NCBI RefSeq assembly: GCF_004010195.1
Contig: NC_057718.1
Span: 34,144,384 to 34,208,383 of the forward strand
DNA: 64,000 nucleotides
Direction: 5' to 3'
DNA from: Chiloscyllium plagiosum
Lineage: Eukaryota
In this document: positions 48,121 to 60,982 of the stretch, piece by piece
Position numbering within the stretch: position 1 is the stretch's first letter
How the letters are laid out: every line of letters starts with the position of its first letter
Program-made: the position numbers and the translations under genes
The notes under the pieces: model-generated
The model's database searches: none
The model's input: the letters and a program-made list of their open reading frames with translations, nothing else
What the model was told of the DNA's origin: nothing

Positions 48121-48124
48121 CTAA

Positions 48125-48570
48125 ATATCCTCTACTGTGAAGTCTGGTAGAAATGATTTATTCAACTTCTGTGCCATTTTGTGCATCCCCATTATTTTTC
48201 ACTGCCCTTATTCTCTAAGGGGGCCTACCATCACTTTGGCTTCTCTTTTACTTTATGTTTTTTTAAGATGTTATTACAATCCTTTTTATATTACTTGTTC
48301 ATTTATCCTCAAAGTTTATTTTCTCACACTTTTGTTATTATTTTGGTCAGGTTTTGTTGATTTTTAAAACTTTCTCAATCCTTTGGCTTACCACTAAATT
48401 TTGCCATACTGCATAGTTTTCTTTCAAAGCATTACTTAGCTTTCTTGGTTAACCATGATTGGTTTATCCTACTCCAAGAGTCCTTCTTCTTCATCAGGGT
48501 ATGTCTTTGTTTTGAGTCATGAGCTTCTTTTTAAACATCTGCCACTGTCAAACATCTTTTCTGCTAAACA
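48125..48570 (-). mobile_element. CR1 ORF2 linker relic
   Basis: tggttaaccatgattgg reads QSWLT on the minus strand, a CR1 PWLT-like motif; highly degenerate. Confidence 0.4.
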
Positions 48571-48572
48571 CT

Positions 48573-48940
48573 TAGCTGGTCTGGCAACATCTGTGAAGAG
48601 AGAAACCGAGTGAACGTTTCGAGTCCAGTATGACTCTTCTTCTGAGTCCTTGAGGAAGCAGGATATGAGGAAGTGTAGGCAAGGTAACATTGGGAGTCAG
48701 TGTGTGTGTGTGTGTAATGAATAATGGTAGACAGTCTATTGCCAGAAGTGAAAGCAAGTAAAAGAAGGGAAGTGTCAGAGATGGATCAAGGGAAGCAGAG
48801 TGATTGATGGAAATTGGAAGAAAAATTGATAAATTTTTCTAATTCCAGGCAAGATCAGGAAGCTGCACCAATAATATCATCAGAGTGGGTGGGAGTTCAA
48901 ATAAAACTGGAACAAAAATCATGGCAGGCATTACATGTTC
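48573..48940 (-). mobile_element. Penelope RT fragment plus third-family terminus with degenerate hammerhead
   Basis: Minus translation DDIIGAAS*SCLELEKFINFSSNFH...ISDTSL (Penelope RT); caGAAGA-A-GAGTC-atactg-GACTC-GAAACGTT at 48611-48644. Confidence 0.65.
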
Positions 48941-49032
48941 CTTCTTCGAGTCTATACAGGCACAGACATGAGCATGGAACAAAGCCAGGCAACTAGAGCA
49001 ATTAAACACACAACCTGAACTTATAATTGGCC

Positions 49033-49252
49033 AGGAGGAAGTGAGGACTGCAGAGGCTGGAGATCAGAGTCAAAACAATGTGGCACTAGAAAAGCACAGC
49101 AGGTCAGGCTGCATCCGAGGAGTGGGAGAGACGACGTTTTGAGTATAAGTTCTTTTCAGGAACCAACATTCCTGATGAAAAGCTTATGCCTGAAACGTCA
49201 ACTCTCCTAAACCTCGGATGCGGCCTGACCAGCTGTGCTTTTCCAGCGCCAC
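49033..49252. mobile_element. Palindromic Penelope terminal cassette
   Basis: Inverted arm 49033-49162 and direct arm 49168-49252 with CTGATGA at 49172-49178 and GAAACGTC. Confidence 0.78.
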
Positions 49253-51759
49253 CTATTAGAGGTTCCTGCAATTCATCTGCGTCTTCTTTGCACGATGGTG
49301 AAATACCAGGAGTGTGCAGCTGAAGTGGAGCCTGAAACTTTGGAGCAGATGTAAATTTGTGATGTCAAAAGACACTGAATGCTTTCCACTTGCACTGATT
49401 CATTCCTCTTACCCAATGAAAAGTAACATATTTTATACTTCTATTTTCTCACGGCTATTGTGTTGTGTCTAATTAGGATTTACTACTGCTGATATTTTCA
49501 ATGAGATGCAATAGGCATGGGGGACTTAATAAACTGATGGAATTGGGAATGAGACACTGTTGCTCACCCTAGGACATTATACTGTTTGAATCTTGTGTGT
49601 TAATTCAGCATTCTATTCAAGAGACTACCTGCTTAAATTTTCAAACATACATTATTCCCACACGTGATGGTAAACTTCCCTCATGTTAGCTTGGCAAACA
49701 GAAACATATAAGTCATGAGAGGATAAGCTGTCTGGTTTTACAAAGTTTCCCACTGAAAAGTCTGGATGGTAAATGTTAGAACTGAATGTGAACTGAAGCT
49801 GCCATTTGAGTTTGGGGCCTTTATTCAAGCTATAGGAGCAACATTACTTCATTTGAAACAAATAATCTCTCTCCTTTAGACTTTTTCTTTTCGCATGACT
49901 ACATGCTCCAACTAGCAATGTTGCAAAAGCCCTTACCCAGATTTCCATAATGCTGACCATTTGTGCTGTAAAGTGAGAAATAAACCAGTCCAGGGAAGTT
50001 TCATCAAAGCACTAAACATTGCGGGGTTGATTCTTGCATTGTTAGCTAAAGCTCTGGTACAATTAATTATCTACTACATTTTTAGTGCCATCACTAAGCT
50101 GCAGGAACATGTTTATCAGTTTTGTCTATTTTCTGACAGGCAGTGAAAAGATTTTTTTCCCTGAGTATCACTGGAGACTTTGAAAATGTATCTGAAATTG
50201 ACAAAGTATTTCTACAGATGTGCTCTTTGGTGGTGGGGGAGGGGGTGCCAAGCGGGTGATAAGTACAGTCAGGTACGGAGCAGGATATCAATTGAATAAC
50301 GATTACAAGTGAGCTCACTGTGGTGCAAGCACCTGTTGTTTAACTGAAGGAATGTCCTTACCAGGCCTTGAAGCCCAGCTTTGTTTCTTTGTTGTCTTGG
50401 TTCTTTAGCTGGTGTAGTGATTACACTGAGGGCACAGGGGAACAGCCGTTTATGTGCTTTGTGGTCAGTACTCTGGGGATTATCTCCAAGTCAATGTTTA
50501 TGGAGTGCCGCAGCTAACGCTGCCCAGATGCTCTATCTGTGGGAAACCCTGAAACCACACTGCACCAGGCTTGCGGTGTTGTCAGGGATAAATACTCTTT
50601 CCTATTTAGGCCGTTTGTATATACTCAAGTTTTTCACACCAGTGTAGTGGCAGTTAAGGCAGATGCTGACATGGTGCTACTGGTGAAATGCCTTGCAGAT
50701 GTTTGAGGTTACCAGGTCTTCAGGTTATTAGAAATCAGAGTGGGGGTTGGAAGCTCTGGTGGGAGGTGTATTTTTGCCCTTGCTATTTGCTGTTATGTGG
50801 CTTTACAGAATGCAGTGGAGGTGCAGGGAATTACTTCAACCACACAAGGCAAAGTTTCACACAGAAGTCTAGACCACAACAGAATCTGGAAAAAGAGACT
50901 AGTCATTCTTAGCTCATACACAAAAAAAACCTAACTGTTTACTTCCCTTTCAGGAGCTATAATTAAAATCACCAAAGCTTTGGTAAAGGCATCTAGACCT
51001 TACCCGAAAGCTACTTTCTCTCTATGGTTTGAGCAGCCTTAGTAATGTGCAGAAATTGATCTTTCTCACTTGATTGTTCTTGAGATTTTAATGTTAACGA
51101 CCCTCCAGGCATCTGCACAAATTTAAAGGTGAACATTCATGATTCTGTTGAGGGCAATCCTAGATAAAAATCAGAAAGGCAGTGAACTATTGAGACAATT
51201 CTTCAAATATGGGGAGCAATGAATGGCTCATTTTGAGTTGCCAATGTACATTGGAACCCTAAGGAAGCCTTGGCCCATGTGAATGCACAGAATTTACAAG
51301 GAAGTACAAACTTTCGACTTGCAGTTTACCCAGCTCCGACTGCTACATGATTATCTATGGCAATGGAATCAGTTGACCACAACCATGGAAACTAGGGCTG
51401 TTTGCCCTGAACTTACCCTTGTTTTTACACAGATCTATCAAAGAGTTGTTGCTAGCAGTTAAAACCTGTTCACAGATGAAGCTCAAAGCAATTCAGCTGG
51501 AGTATCAAAATACATCAGCAACTATAGCAACCTCTGACTATGGTCATCTCGCCTCCTGACAATACTCATTCACCACCCTGCCTGTCTCCCAAACAATGCT
51601 CATCCCCTCCCAACAATGTTCGGTCCTCCTCTCCCACTTCTCAACAATGTTCATTCCCCTCCTAATATAACATTCTTGGCATTGTTTGGCTGTTGCAGAA
51701 TATTGACAGAATCTGTTGAGGTAAGGAAAACACTAACACTAATAGGAAAGTCTTACTAC

Positions 51760-52530
51760 AAGGTTGTCTTGAGTGGTTGCAATGTTGAGAAGTATATGTT
51801 CACTGTCCCTGCCAATCTCCTTGTGCTAAAAGTTGTGGTTTCCATGCTGAATTTCTGTGTGTGTGTTACATTGTTGGTGTACCAATGCAAGGGCTTGCTG
51901 ACTCATTGTGTGCAGTTAATTTAGTGGTCGCCAGTTGTACCAATGAGTTCTAATCATCCTGGTACATGTCCTACAGAATTCAGGTGGGTTGGATATTTTT
52001 ACAATCTCCCATATCAATCTTGGCTTTGCTGTGTTTTTACCAGCTTCCTTTGGGCAAATAATGTTGCTTGTACCGAAGCATTTACTTGGTTGACTTCATC
52101 CACACAATGTGTTACATTCAGAATATGGAAAGCTTGTTTATCCTCTGGTTGGAAGTTAATCCATGCATAGGTCATGACTCAAGCCTGTTATACTCTGAAT
52201 GTCATGTATCAGCTTAGGTTTACTCAAATAAATTCTTGCCATACTGCTGTGTTTTCTGTTTGGTTCTGTCCTGGTATAGCCTCTGGTTACAACTTTGGAG
52301 CCAGATTTCTTGGGGCAGTGGATCATTCCCCTTTTGTATTGCCTGCCTTACACTGATATTAGAATTGAAGAGGTCTTTGCAATGGGTGTATTAGACTGCA
52401 CTTGCCATAAATTGCTTGAGTTATATGTACTGTATACAGTGTCTATTCACCTTTGCTTGCAAGTGTTGTTGTCTGCAAAGGATGGCATTGTATTTTCTGC
52501 GTTTCGACTAGAATGGTTCTGCGTCTTGAC
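51760..52530 (-). mobile_element. Possible ancient Gypsy gag-protease relic
   Basis: The minus strand near 52030-51960 reads AKIDMGDCKNIQP..., resembling a KIDTGA..NILP protease motif; many stops. Confidence 0.35.
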
Positions 52531-52535
52531 TAGAG

Positions 52536-53985
52536 TAGGTCAGGCATCATCCGAGGAGCAGGAAAATCGACATTTCGGGCAAAAGCCCTTCATCACCATT
52601 CCTGATGGTGGGGAGCCCAAGGGGGTTGAGAGATAAATGGGAAGGGGGAGAGGCTGGTTGGAGGGTCCCATGGCAGAAGAGGCGTTCTTCCTCCAGGCAT
52701 CGGGTTGCTAGAGTTTGGCGGTGGAGGAGGCCAAGGACTTGCATGTCCTTGTCAGAATGGGAGGCGGAGGTGAAGTGTTCAACCACAGGGCTGTCGGGTT
52801 GTTTAGTGCGTGTGTCCTAGAAATGTTCTCTGAAATGTTCTGCAAGTTGACATCCTGTCTTCCAATGTAGAGGAGGCCACATCTGCTCCCAGGAGGACCA
52901 ATTCCACCATAGAACATCCCAGATGGTCTCCTTCTTCAGGGATTCCCTTCCCATGTGGTCAATGATGCTCTCCACACATCTCCTCTACTTGCACCTCCAT
53001 CCTTGAACCCCATCCCGCCAATTGCAACAAGGACAGAACCCCCCTGGCCCTCACCATCCGCCCCATCAACCTCCGGATACAATGCATCATCCTCCACCAA
53101 TTCTGTCACCTACAAACAGGCCAGCGATATATTTCCCTCCCCACCCTATCTGCCTTCCGAAGAGACCATTCCCTCCATGATTCCCTTATTTGGTCCACGT
53201 GCCTCCTACCAACCCATCATCCACTTCCGACACCTTTCCTTACCACCACAAGAGGTGCAAAACCTGTGCCCACACCTCCCCCCCGCACCTCTATCCAAGC
53301 CACAAAGAATCCTTCCACATCCAACAGAGATTTACGTGTACTTTCACACACTTCCTCTACTGTGTCTGCTGCTCTCTACATTGGGGAGACAGGACGCCAA
53401 CTTGCAGAAAGTTTCAGAGAACATATCTTGGACACACGCACTAAACAATCCCACTGTCCTGTAGCCGAACACTTCAACTCCCCCTCCAACTCTGCCAAGG
53501 ACATGCAAATCCTTGGCCTCCTCCGCAGCCAAACTTTAGCTACATGACATCTGTGGGGGAAGAACACCTCATCTTCCGCCTTGGGACTGTCCAACCATAT
53601 GGGATCAATGTTGAGTTCACCAGTTTCCTCATTTACCCTGCCCCCATCTTATCCCAGATCCAACCCTCTAACTCGGCATCACTCTCTTGAAATGTCCTAC
53701 CTGTCTATCTCGCTTATCCACCGATCCGCTCCACCCTTCTCTCCGACCTATCACCATCACCCCCCACCTCCATCTACCTATTGCATTCCCAGCTACCTTT
53801 CCCGCAGCCCCAACCCCCTCCCATTTATACCTCAGCCTCCTTGGGCTCACCCCAACCCTGATGAAGAGCACATGCTCAAAACGTCGACTCTCCTGCTCCT
53901 CAGATGATGCCTGACCGGCTGTGCGTTTCTAGCACGACACCTTTTGACTCTGATCTCCAGCATCTGCAGTCCTCACTCTCTCCTA
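52536..53985 (+). mobile_element. 5'-truncated Penelope-like element with an inverted 5' segment (52536-52880 on minus)
   Basis: RT-thumb relic, RCKTCAH, LYIGETGRQLAESFREH...PVAEHFN (GIY-YIG), C-rich UTR, hammerhead at 53858-53885 and terminus ...cagtcctcactctctcct. The upstream segment is an inverted copy of the GIY-YIG and terminus. Confidence 0.88.
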
Positions 53986-56069
53986 CACTATATAACAGTC
54001 TATCTGCTCCCTGTGCTACTCAAAGTCCATCCACCCATCCCCAATAATAAGAAAAGATATTCAATATATTCAAAAACATTTAAATAAATTGAATTGTCTT
54101 TGACTAATCCCTTATGGGAATAAACATTTCACTCAAATATTTAATAAGAGAAAGTGAGGACTGCAGATATTTAATTAAATATTTAATCCCTGAAATAAAT
54201 AACCCTTTATGTAAAGATCAATTCCATTCAAAAGCAATTTGAGCTGTCCATCAAAATGCTTGTCTGCCAGTCACCAAAAGGTGAGTAATAGAAATAATTT
54301 CTCCACTTCTCAGCGCTCACGTTGCCTTTATCTTACACATTCCCCAATCTTCACCCATGTCAACCTATGTGGCCTATACCTTCTACCCATCCCCATTGCT
54401 CCTCACATCCTACATACCCACACAGTGCTCCTCTTCCTATCTCCATGACACCCTATACCTTATTCCAACTTCATGCCGACTCCACTCCACACTTTTCCCT
54501 CTTCTTGCCAACTCATCGAGTATTCACATGCCCACAGGACCCATATAATCCTAATAGTTTGTGTTCTACCTTGCAGAATACACACTATTATGGAAAAGGT
54601 CCCTCATTCGTAAAAGAAAAACACACTTTGAGACTTCCTGCTGTTCTTGACTGGCCAACACTTGTTGATACTTCTGGATACCTTCTATCTTTCTAGCACT
54701 GAGAACAGATCTTCTCTTACCTGGCCTAATCTCCACACTCTGGGTTTCAGAGACCAATGTTTGATTTCAGTGGAAGCAGTTGATCACTGAAGTAGTTGCC
54801 GCTGAGAACAATGCATATCTTAACTATGGGCTGCAACTACTGCCACCCCTTCCACAAATGCCATCCTGCAAAACTAAGGGATGCTGGGTTTGTGAGCAAT
54901 GTTTGAAATTCCTCAATTCTTCTGGCATTTTTGCTGCGGTAGAGACACTTGGCCATTGCAAAAGCTTCGATCTATATATTGTTTATAAAATTTGAGGAAA
55001 AATGTTAAGGTGAATTTTATCAGGAATTATCCAGTAAAAACACTTATTATTCACAGATATAGCCATAATGCTTGTAAAATGTCTTCCAATGTTTTCTTTT
55101 ATCAGCAATTTGTATGATGCATCCTGCTGCTTTTAAAATTTATGACATGCCAGATGTTCACATTTTTGCAGCAGAGGTCAGTCTCTGAAAGGTTGAATTT
55201 GTTTATCTCTGTTTACCACCCTTTTAGTTTGAGTCTAGAATGAAGTGTATCGTATATAAACAGGTCTTTCTACATTACTGTAAGCACATCTGCCCTTCTA
55301 CATTCCTTTCTCAGACTGGTGAGCTCACTCAAATTATCTGCCAATGTTTTTCTTGATCTAACTTCCAGGTCTATTCCAAGAAAACTTTACGTTTGGTTTT
55401 CCTCCTTTTGTGAGGGGAAATAACATCTTCTGTAAGGAAACAGTAAGAGGGTGCTCACTATGTATAGGAGCCATTTGATGAAATTAGTCCAGCTTATCCA
55501 GACAAACATATCACTTAACACAATAATTGGACAAGTAGATGTTCAGTCCCAGCAAACTTGCCATTGTCCTGATCACCTAAAGCTTAGTCTGGAGTTTTGT
55601 ACAACAACTGGGCTTTTCTATCCTCAGCCAATCTCCACTGCCTCTTAATAAAATTATATATGGTTCATCATCTTAAATCTCTCTGCAATGTGCACAGTTT
55701 GTGTCTCATGACAGTTTCTTAGTGTGACGTTTTGCAGATGTGAATATTTTTGCAGTTCTGTCACCACGCGAAATGTATCAACAAAGACTAAATGATCAAA
55801 ATAGTTAAACTAGCAGAGGTATCTGAGCCTAAAATAAGTATTGAACTTGGGAAGCTGGCTCAGTTATCACTGTGTAAATTTGTTAGAATTCAATTTTTTT
55901 CTACTGTTTCTGTCTTTTTGGCAATGATTCTTCTGAAAATCTTACAAATTGCGAATTATTCAGACCCAATTAAAATTTAGAATCTAATTTCACATCACAG
56001 AACAAGGAATTGTCCTGTCCATCTGCAGCAGAACAGTTGAACCTGCTACTCTGTGTAGGTTCAACTATT

Positions 56070-56400
56070 CTTAAAAATACATTTCATAATATTTCCAGGT
56101 TTAGAGAGGAATTCCACAGTATAAAGCTTAGGTGTCTGAAGGTTTACCGATTTGGAGCTGGATTGGGGTTGGCCTAGTTAGGGGAGGTGGCAGGTGCAGT
56201 ATTGGTGGAGGTCACAGATATCCACTTAAAAGGGACAAGGCTATGAAGATATTTATCATGTGGTTGATAACCTTAAATCACAGGCACTGTGGGAAGAGGA
56301 GCCAATGTGGTTTGCAAGGGCAAGTGTTACTTCAATCGGTTACCAAAGTAACAAGTTAACAGTAGGCAAAAAATTCAGACAGAACCCTGGTCATTATATG
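56070..56400 (-). mobile_element. L2-like LINE relic
   Basis: tttagagaggaattccacag...gaaggt and aggagccaatgtgg segments typical of reverse-oriented L2 3' ORF2; degenerate. Confidence 0.35.
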
Positions 56401-59400
56401 GTGATCCCTGTGCAAAAATGCTTGGCTAGGGATATCAGACTAATTCAGTATTTAACTTAACCATGATTTGCTTCCACAGTCAGATGGCCCACCATCATTT
56501 ACTATCTAGGACTAAACAAACATTGTAGCTATTTGGATAAAGTACTAAGATGTTTTGTAAACACTGTGGCACCATATCTAGACAAATGAGTTCTACTAAG
56601 AGGGCAAGGGAAAAGGATGGAATGAAAACTGGAAAGTAAAAATATACTCTCTTTTCCAACAAATAAAATGTGACAGATGTGCTAAAGTAACCCAAGTGAC
56701 TTTGAAGATTTAACAAGCAACATGGTGCAATGTGACCTCTGCTGCTTTCCACCAGCCAAAAATTCAAAGATGAAATTCTATTTGACCCAAAACAGCAGGT
56801 AAATCCTCAAAGAAAAACACCAATGATTTTAAAAGCCGCAGCACAATAGCAATAAACTGGGCAAAGCCTGCATACAGAAAAGCGGTCATGCTCGCCAATA
56901 AATTCTTCACAATTTATTCAATGTGTGGGAGCAATTTATTGGCTTGTAAACCCAGGGTCTGTTTGGTTATCACTTTAATGTTCTTTCTAACATCCAAAAT
57001 ATACATGTTAGCTATTATAATGCTTCTCTGCAAATTGATAATGATAAACATTAGTGCACAGATTCTGGCAAGTGCAAGAAATGATAACTTTTTAAAATTC
57101 TTATTAATAAAATACTTTTCCATTTTAAAATGAACATGTTAATAGACTTTTTATTTTAAATCTAAAAACAGTTTTACCTAAGCTGTGCTTTCAAGCTGAG
57201 ATAAACCATTCTAGTCTTTACATACTACTTGAATGCAACAGTCAGTAATTAATTGACTCAACTTTTATTAAATGAAACTATCATCCAAAGTCAATGCAAT
57301 TAAAGCTATTGCTAATTATGTTGAGCTATGGTCTTTGCATCATTATGGAGCATACTGTGTTTCACCAACATGGTTCACAATATTCTTCACATAACGTGAT
57401 ATTTAAGTTTGAAGGGAGGAATGTTACTGGAACAATGGTAAATGCAAGACTTTTTATTTTAATAGATATTTTGAATAGGAACAAAACTACTTCAGTAGCT
57501 TGTTTTAATTAAGCATTCCACATTAAGGTTCAAATACTCTTACATTTATTAACATAACAATTCAAATCAAGTGACTGAAAAGAGAAAAAAATGGCCTTGT
57601 CAAGCGAATGCTCAAAAGCACAAAGGTCTAAGTGGCAGTTGTGTGCTGCTAGTCTATCAGTAACTTCACTACCACTCACTGCAACATTTAGGAGAGCAAC
57701 CGCAACAAATCAGTTTTCACTGCCTGAAAAGTATCAATTGCTTCTTTGTTCTATCAAGTGATTGAAAGCATATTCCATTGAAAGAAGAAATGATTCAACA
57801 AAATAATGTAAAATAAAATCCAGGAGAACCTTTGAACAGTCTAAACATTCTGAACATTCCATTTCCACTCTCGTTCAGTGGGAAGGGTCAGGCTAAATGC
57901 AATGCCTCATTTGCCATGTCAACAATGTCATTAATTCCTCTAAATACTATGTAAATCAATACAGACCTTATTAGCACTCTGTAATATTGACAATACCAGA
58001 TACTTAATTATATGTATTGTCATAATGGTGTAATGATTCTGAGAAGCTTGTGTTGTATACTATTGTGTTTCAGAAACATTGCAAAACACTTCCTTTCGTA
58101 AAGTACCTTGAACATAATCACTATTAGTTTGGCAAGTTCTGTAATTGCACATAGCAAGATTACAAAAAAAAAACACAATGAAATGAACAGTTGATCTGTT
58201 TTGGTTTTGGCTGAGAGAAAAAAAATGGTCAGGATACTGAGAGAACTCTTTGTTGTTCTTCATATATTTATATATTGTTGGAAAGTTCATTATTCCTTGA
58301 TAATTCTCTGCTTTTTAGCCCAAGGTAGTGGAGTACCTCAAATCATGTGATTGGTTAACTCATTATAATCTGGGAATGGGACTTTCTGATCTGTAATGCT
58401 GAAATCTTTGCAATCTGAGCTATCAAGGAAGTAACATTTGAGTATCATTAGAGCCATATGCACATTACTGGAACATGAGGAAGCATGGAGCAAAACAGCC
58501 ATTTGACTCACCACCAAGTTTAGATACAATCACTCTATCAAAGAGCCACTTGGCTATTAAGGAAATGGATTATTAATCAGGAACATTATTGTTGGATATA
58601 ACACCTGGATATTAACTTCCAAAATTGTGATGCAGTTAAGATAATCCTCAATAAAAAAAATGACTGGGTGAGGGCTGCTGCAGATTATGCTGACTGATAC
58701 TGACAAGCATACGAAGTGTTAATAAGGTTTGTTTTTTTTATCACACCAATTGCTATTCCTGCTGTCTCATAGTTCTGCACACATGTCACTGATGATACTA
58801 AAACCACACACTGACACACCACGTCTCTTTGAGTAAGACTGTTATTGAACACCAGTGACTCATGGTCACATGAGCAGCTGTTGTCAATAGCAGGCTTGGG
58901 CTCTATGACTGAGAGTCTCAGAAATGGCATTGCCTGCAGTAACAGTGCACAAATTGTATTGGTGGATATTTTATTCACAAAAATATCCCCCTTTGCGATG
59001 AATAGGTAATCGAAAGAAGTGAGAAAGGAATTATTTTGTTCAACTAATGCAATTTTGCCAAAAATGGTTATTAGCAAGAAAAGTAACATGAAATGACTGC
59101 AGACATACACTTATATATCTATATACTGTATATCAATCTTTTCATAACACATGCTAGTATCACACTTATTGCATATGTCTGGTACTCCTTCCCACTTCTT
59201 TCCATTTTGGTTACGTGGTAGCAAAGATGTGTTTCATACTTATTTTCTTAGGATTTGTTGCCAGTATCAGCAATGGAAAATGTTCTGACTTTTTTACTGT
59301 GTGTCAGCATCAAACAGTGATTGAAGAGAAGAGCATAGATGCCAGTAAGGGGAAGCAAAGTACAAGAGGGAGAAAGGAATAGAAGGATACAGACCCCACA

Positions 59401-60319
59401 TGGTAAAATGAGAAATGAGATTATTTGGAGCATGAACACAATATGGACCAATTGGGTTGAATGGTCTGTAAATTCTATGCACACCTAACATCTCAAAATA
59501 AATTTCAATTTAGGCCAATTGGAGTTATATTCAGTGAAATGGACCCTTGCCTACCAGTGTAATTTCTTTACATAAATGCGTATTTAAGAGAGGAAACTGT
59601 AATACTGACAAGTCAGGAGAGTGTCTGGGGATATTAGGCTCCTCTCAAAGCCAGTCTCCAGTAGTGAAGGAAGTTTCCAATCCATTGGAATGCTCAGAAC
59701 CATTGTCTCTCTTTTTAAAGGAAAGTATCCTTTTGTTCTAATTTCTATTTCTCTTTTGTTTTTATCAGTTTTTCATATTTTAGTCTGTTAAAGATGCTGG
59801 TTCTTCCTGCCATGTAGTCTAACAATGTTAGCAGCCCACTGTTACTCTGTCTAAGTAATAGTTTCTCACACTTGTGTCTTCACAATGACTGTAAGTGGGC
59901 TATCGGGGTTCCATCACAACTGAGCCCAAAGCTCCAATTGAGGGAAGTCTGCTCAATCCCATTTATCATTTGAGTATTACTTAACCATGAGTGGGTTGGT
60001 TTTCCCCTCTGGAGGCAGTGAGTTAAATTTATTGTTGCTATAATAGTAATGCACATCAAGGGGGACGGTTAGATTCTCTCTTGTTTAAGATGCCTGACCC
60101 CTGTGTGGCACAAATATTACTTGCCAATTATGAGCCCAAGCTTGGATGTTGTCCAGGTCTTGTTGCACTTGGGATTGGGGCTGAACGGGCTTTCCCTTCT
60201 GGAAGCACTATGCTATACTAAGCTAAAACTCATTGTACCACTTCCAAATGCATTGCCTTTTCCTCTTTTTCAAATATTAGTCCAATTTATCTATTAGTTA
60301 AGCAAATTATTTGGCTGTT

Positions 60320-60875
60320 CTTGGAATCAATTGTTAAGGAAGTAACAGCAGAACATTTGGGAAATCATAATTAATCAAGCACAGTCAGTATGGCTTCATG
60401 AAAGGGAAATTGTGTCTGACTAATATATTGGAGATTTTCAAGGAAGTCTCAGTAAGAGTAGATAGTTGAAAACCAGTAGATGTGTTGAATTTGGACTTTC
60501 AGATGGCATTAAACAAGGTACCTCATAAAAGGTTAAGTCTTAAAATAAGAGCCCACTGTGTTGGAGGCCATGTATTGATATGGATAGACAACCTGCTTAT
60601 GAGCAGGAAATAGCGTGTGGGATAAGAGTTCTTTTTCAGGTTGGTAATCCATGACCAGTGGGGTTCCACAGGGATGAGTGCTGGTACTACATCTGTTTAC
60701 AATATATATATCAATACCTTGGAGGAAGGAAGTGAATGAACTGTAGCCAAATTTGCAGATGACACAAAAATAAGGGGAAATGCATTTTGTGATAGGGATA
60801 CAAACAGTTTACAGAGGGATACTAATTGGTTAAGTAAATGAGAAAATTGTTACAATGAAGTATAATGTGGGAAAG
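60320..60875 (+). mobile_element. CR1 ORF2 RT fragment
   Basis: SQYGFMKGKLCLTNILE, LDFQ.A, GVPQG, KFADDTKI motifs. Confidence 0.8.
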
Positions 60876-60982
60876 CTCAAAATGTCGATTCTCCTGCTCT
60901 TTGGATGCTGCCTGATCTGCTGTACTTTTCCAGTGCCACACTTTTGACTCTGATCTCTAGCATCTACAGTCCTCACTTTTGC
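60876..60982 (+). mobile_element. Penelope terminus fragment, 3' half of the hammerhead region
   Basis: aaaatgtcgattctcctgctc...catctacagtcctcacttt. Confidence 0.7.

Noticed and set aside
58685..59110. 141-aa minus-strand ORF with a hydrophobic N-terminus resembling a signal peptide
   Set aside because: Non-ATG start, no recognisable domain and no convincing splice context; compatible with a chance ORF in AT-rich DNA.
59236..59410. Polypyrimidine-AG...GT exon candidates here and at about 50140-50272
   Set aside because: The frames I translated contain stops or show no recognisable homology; cannot be supported without RNA-seq.
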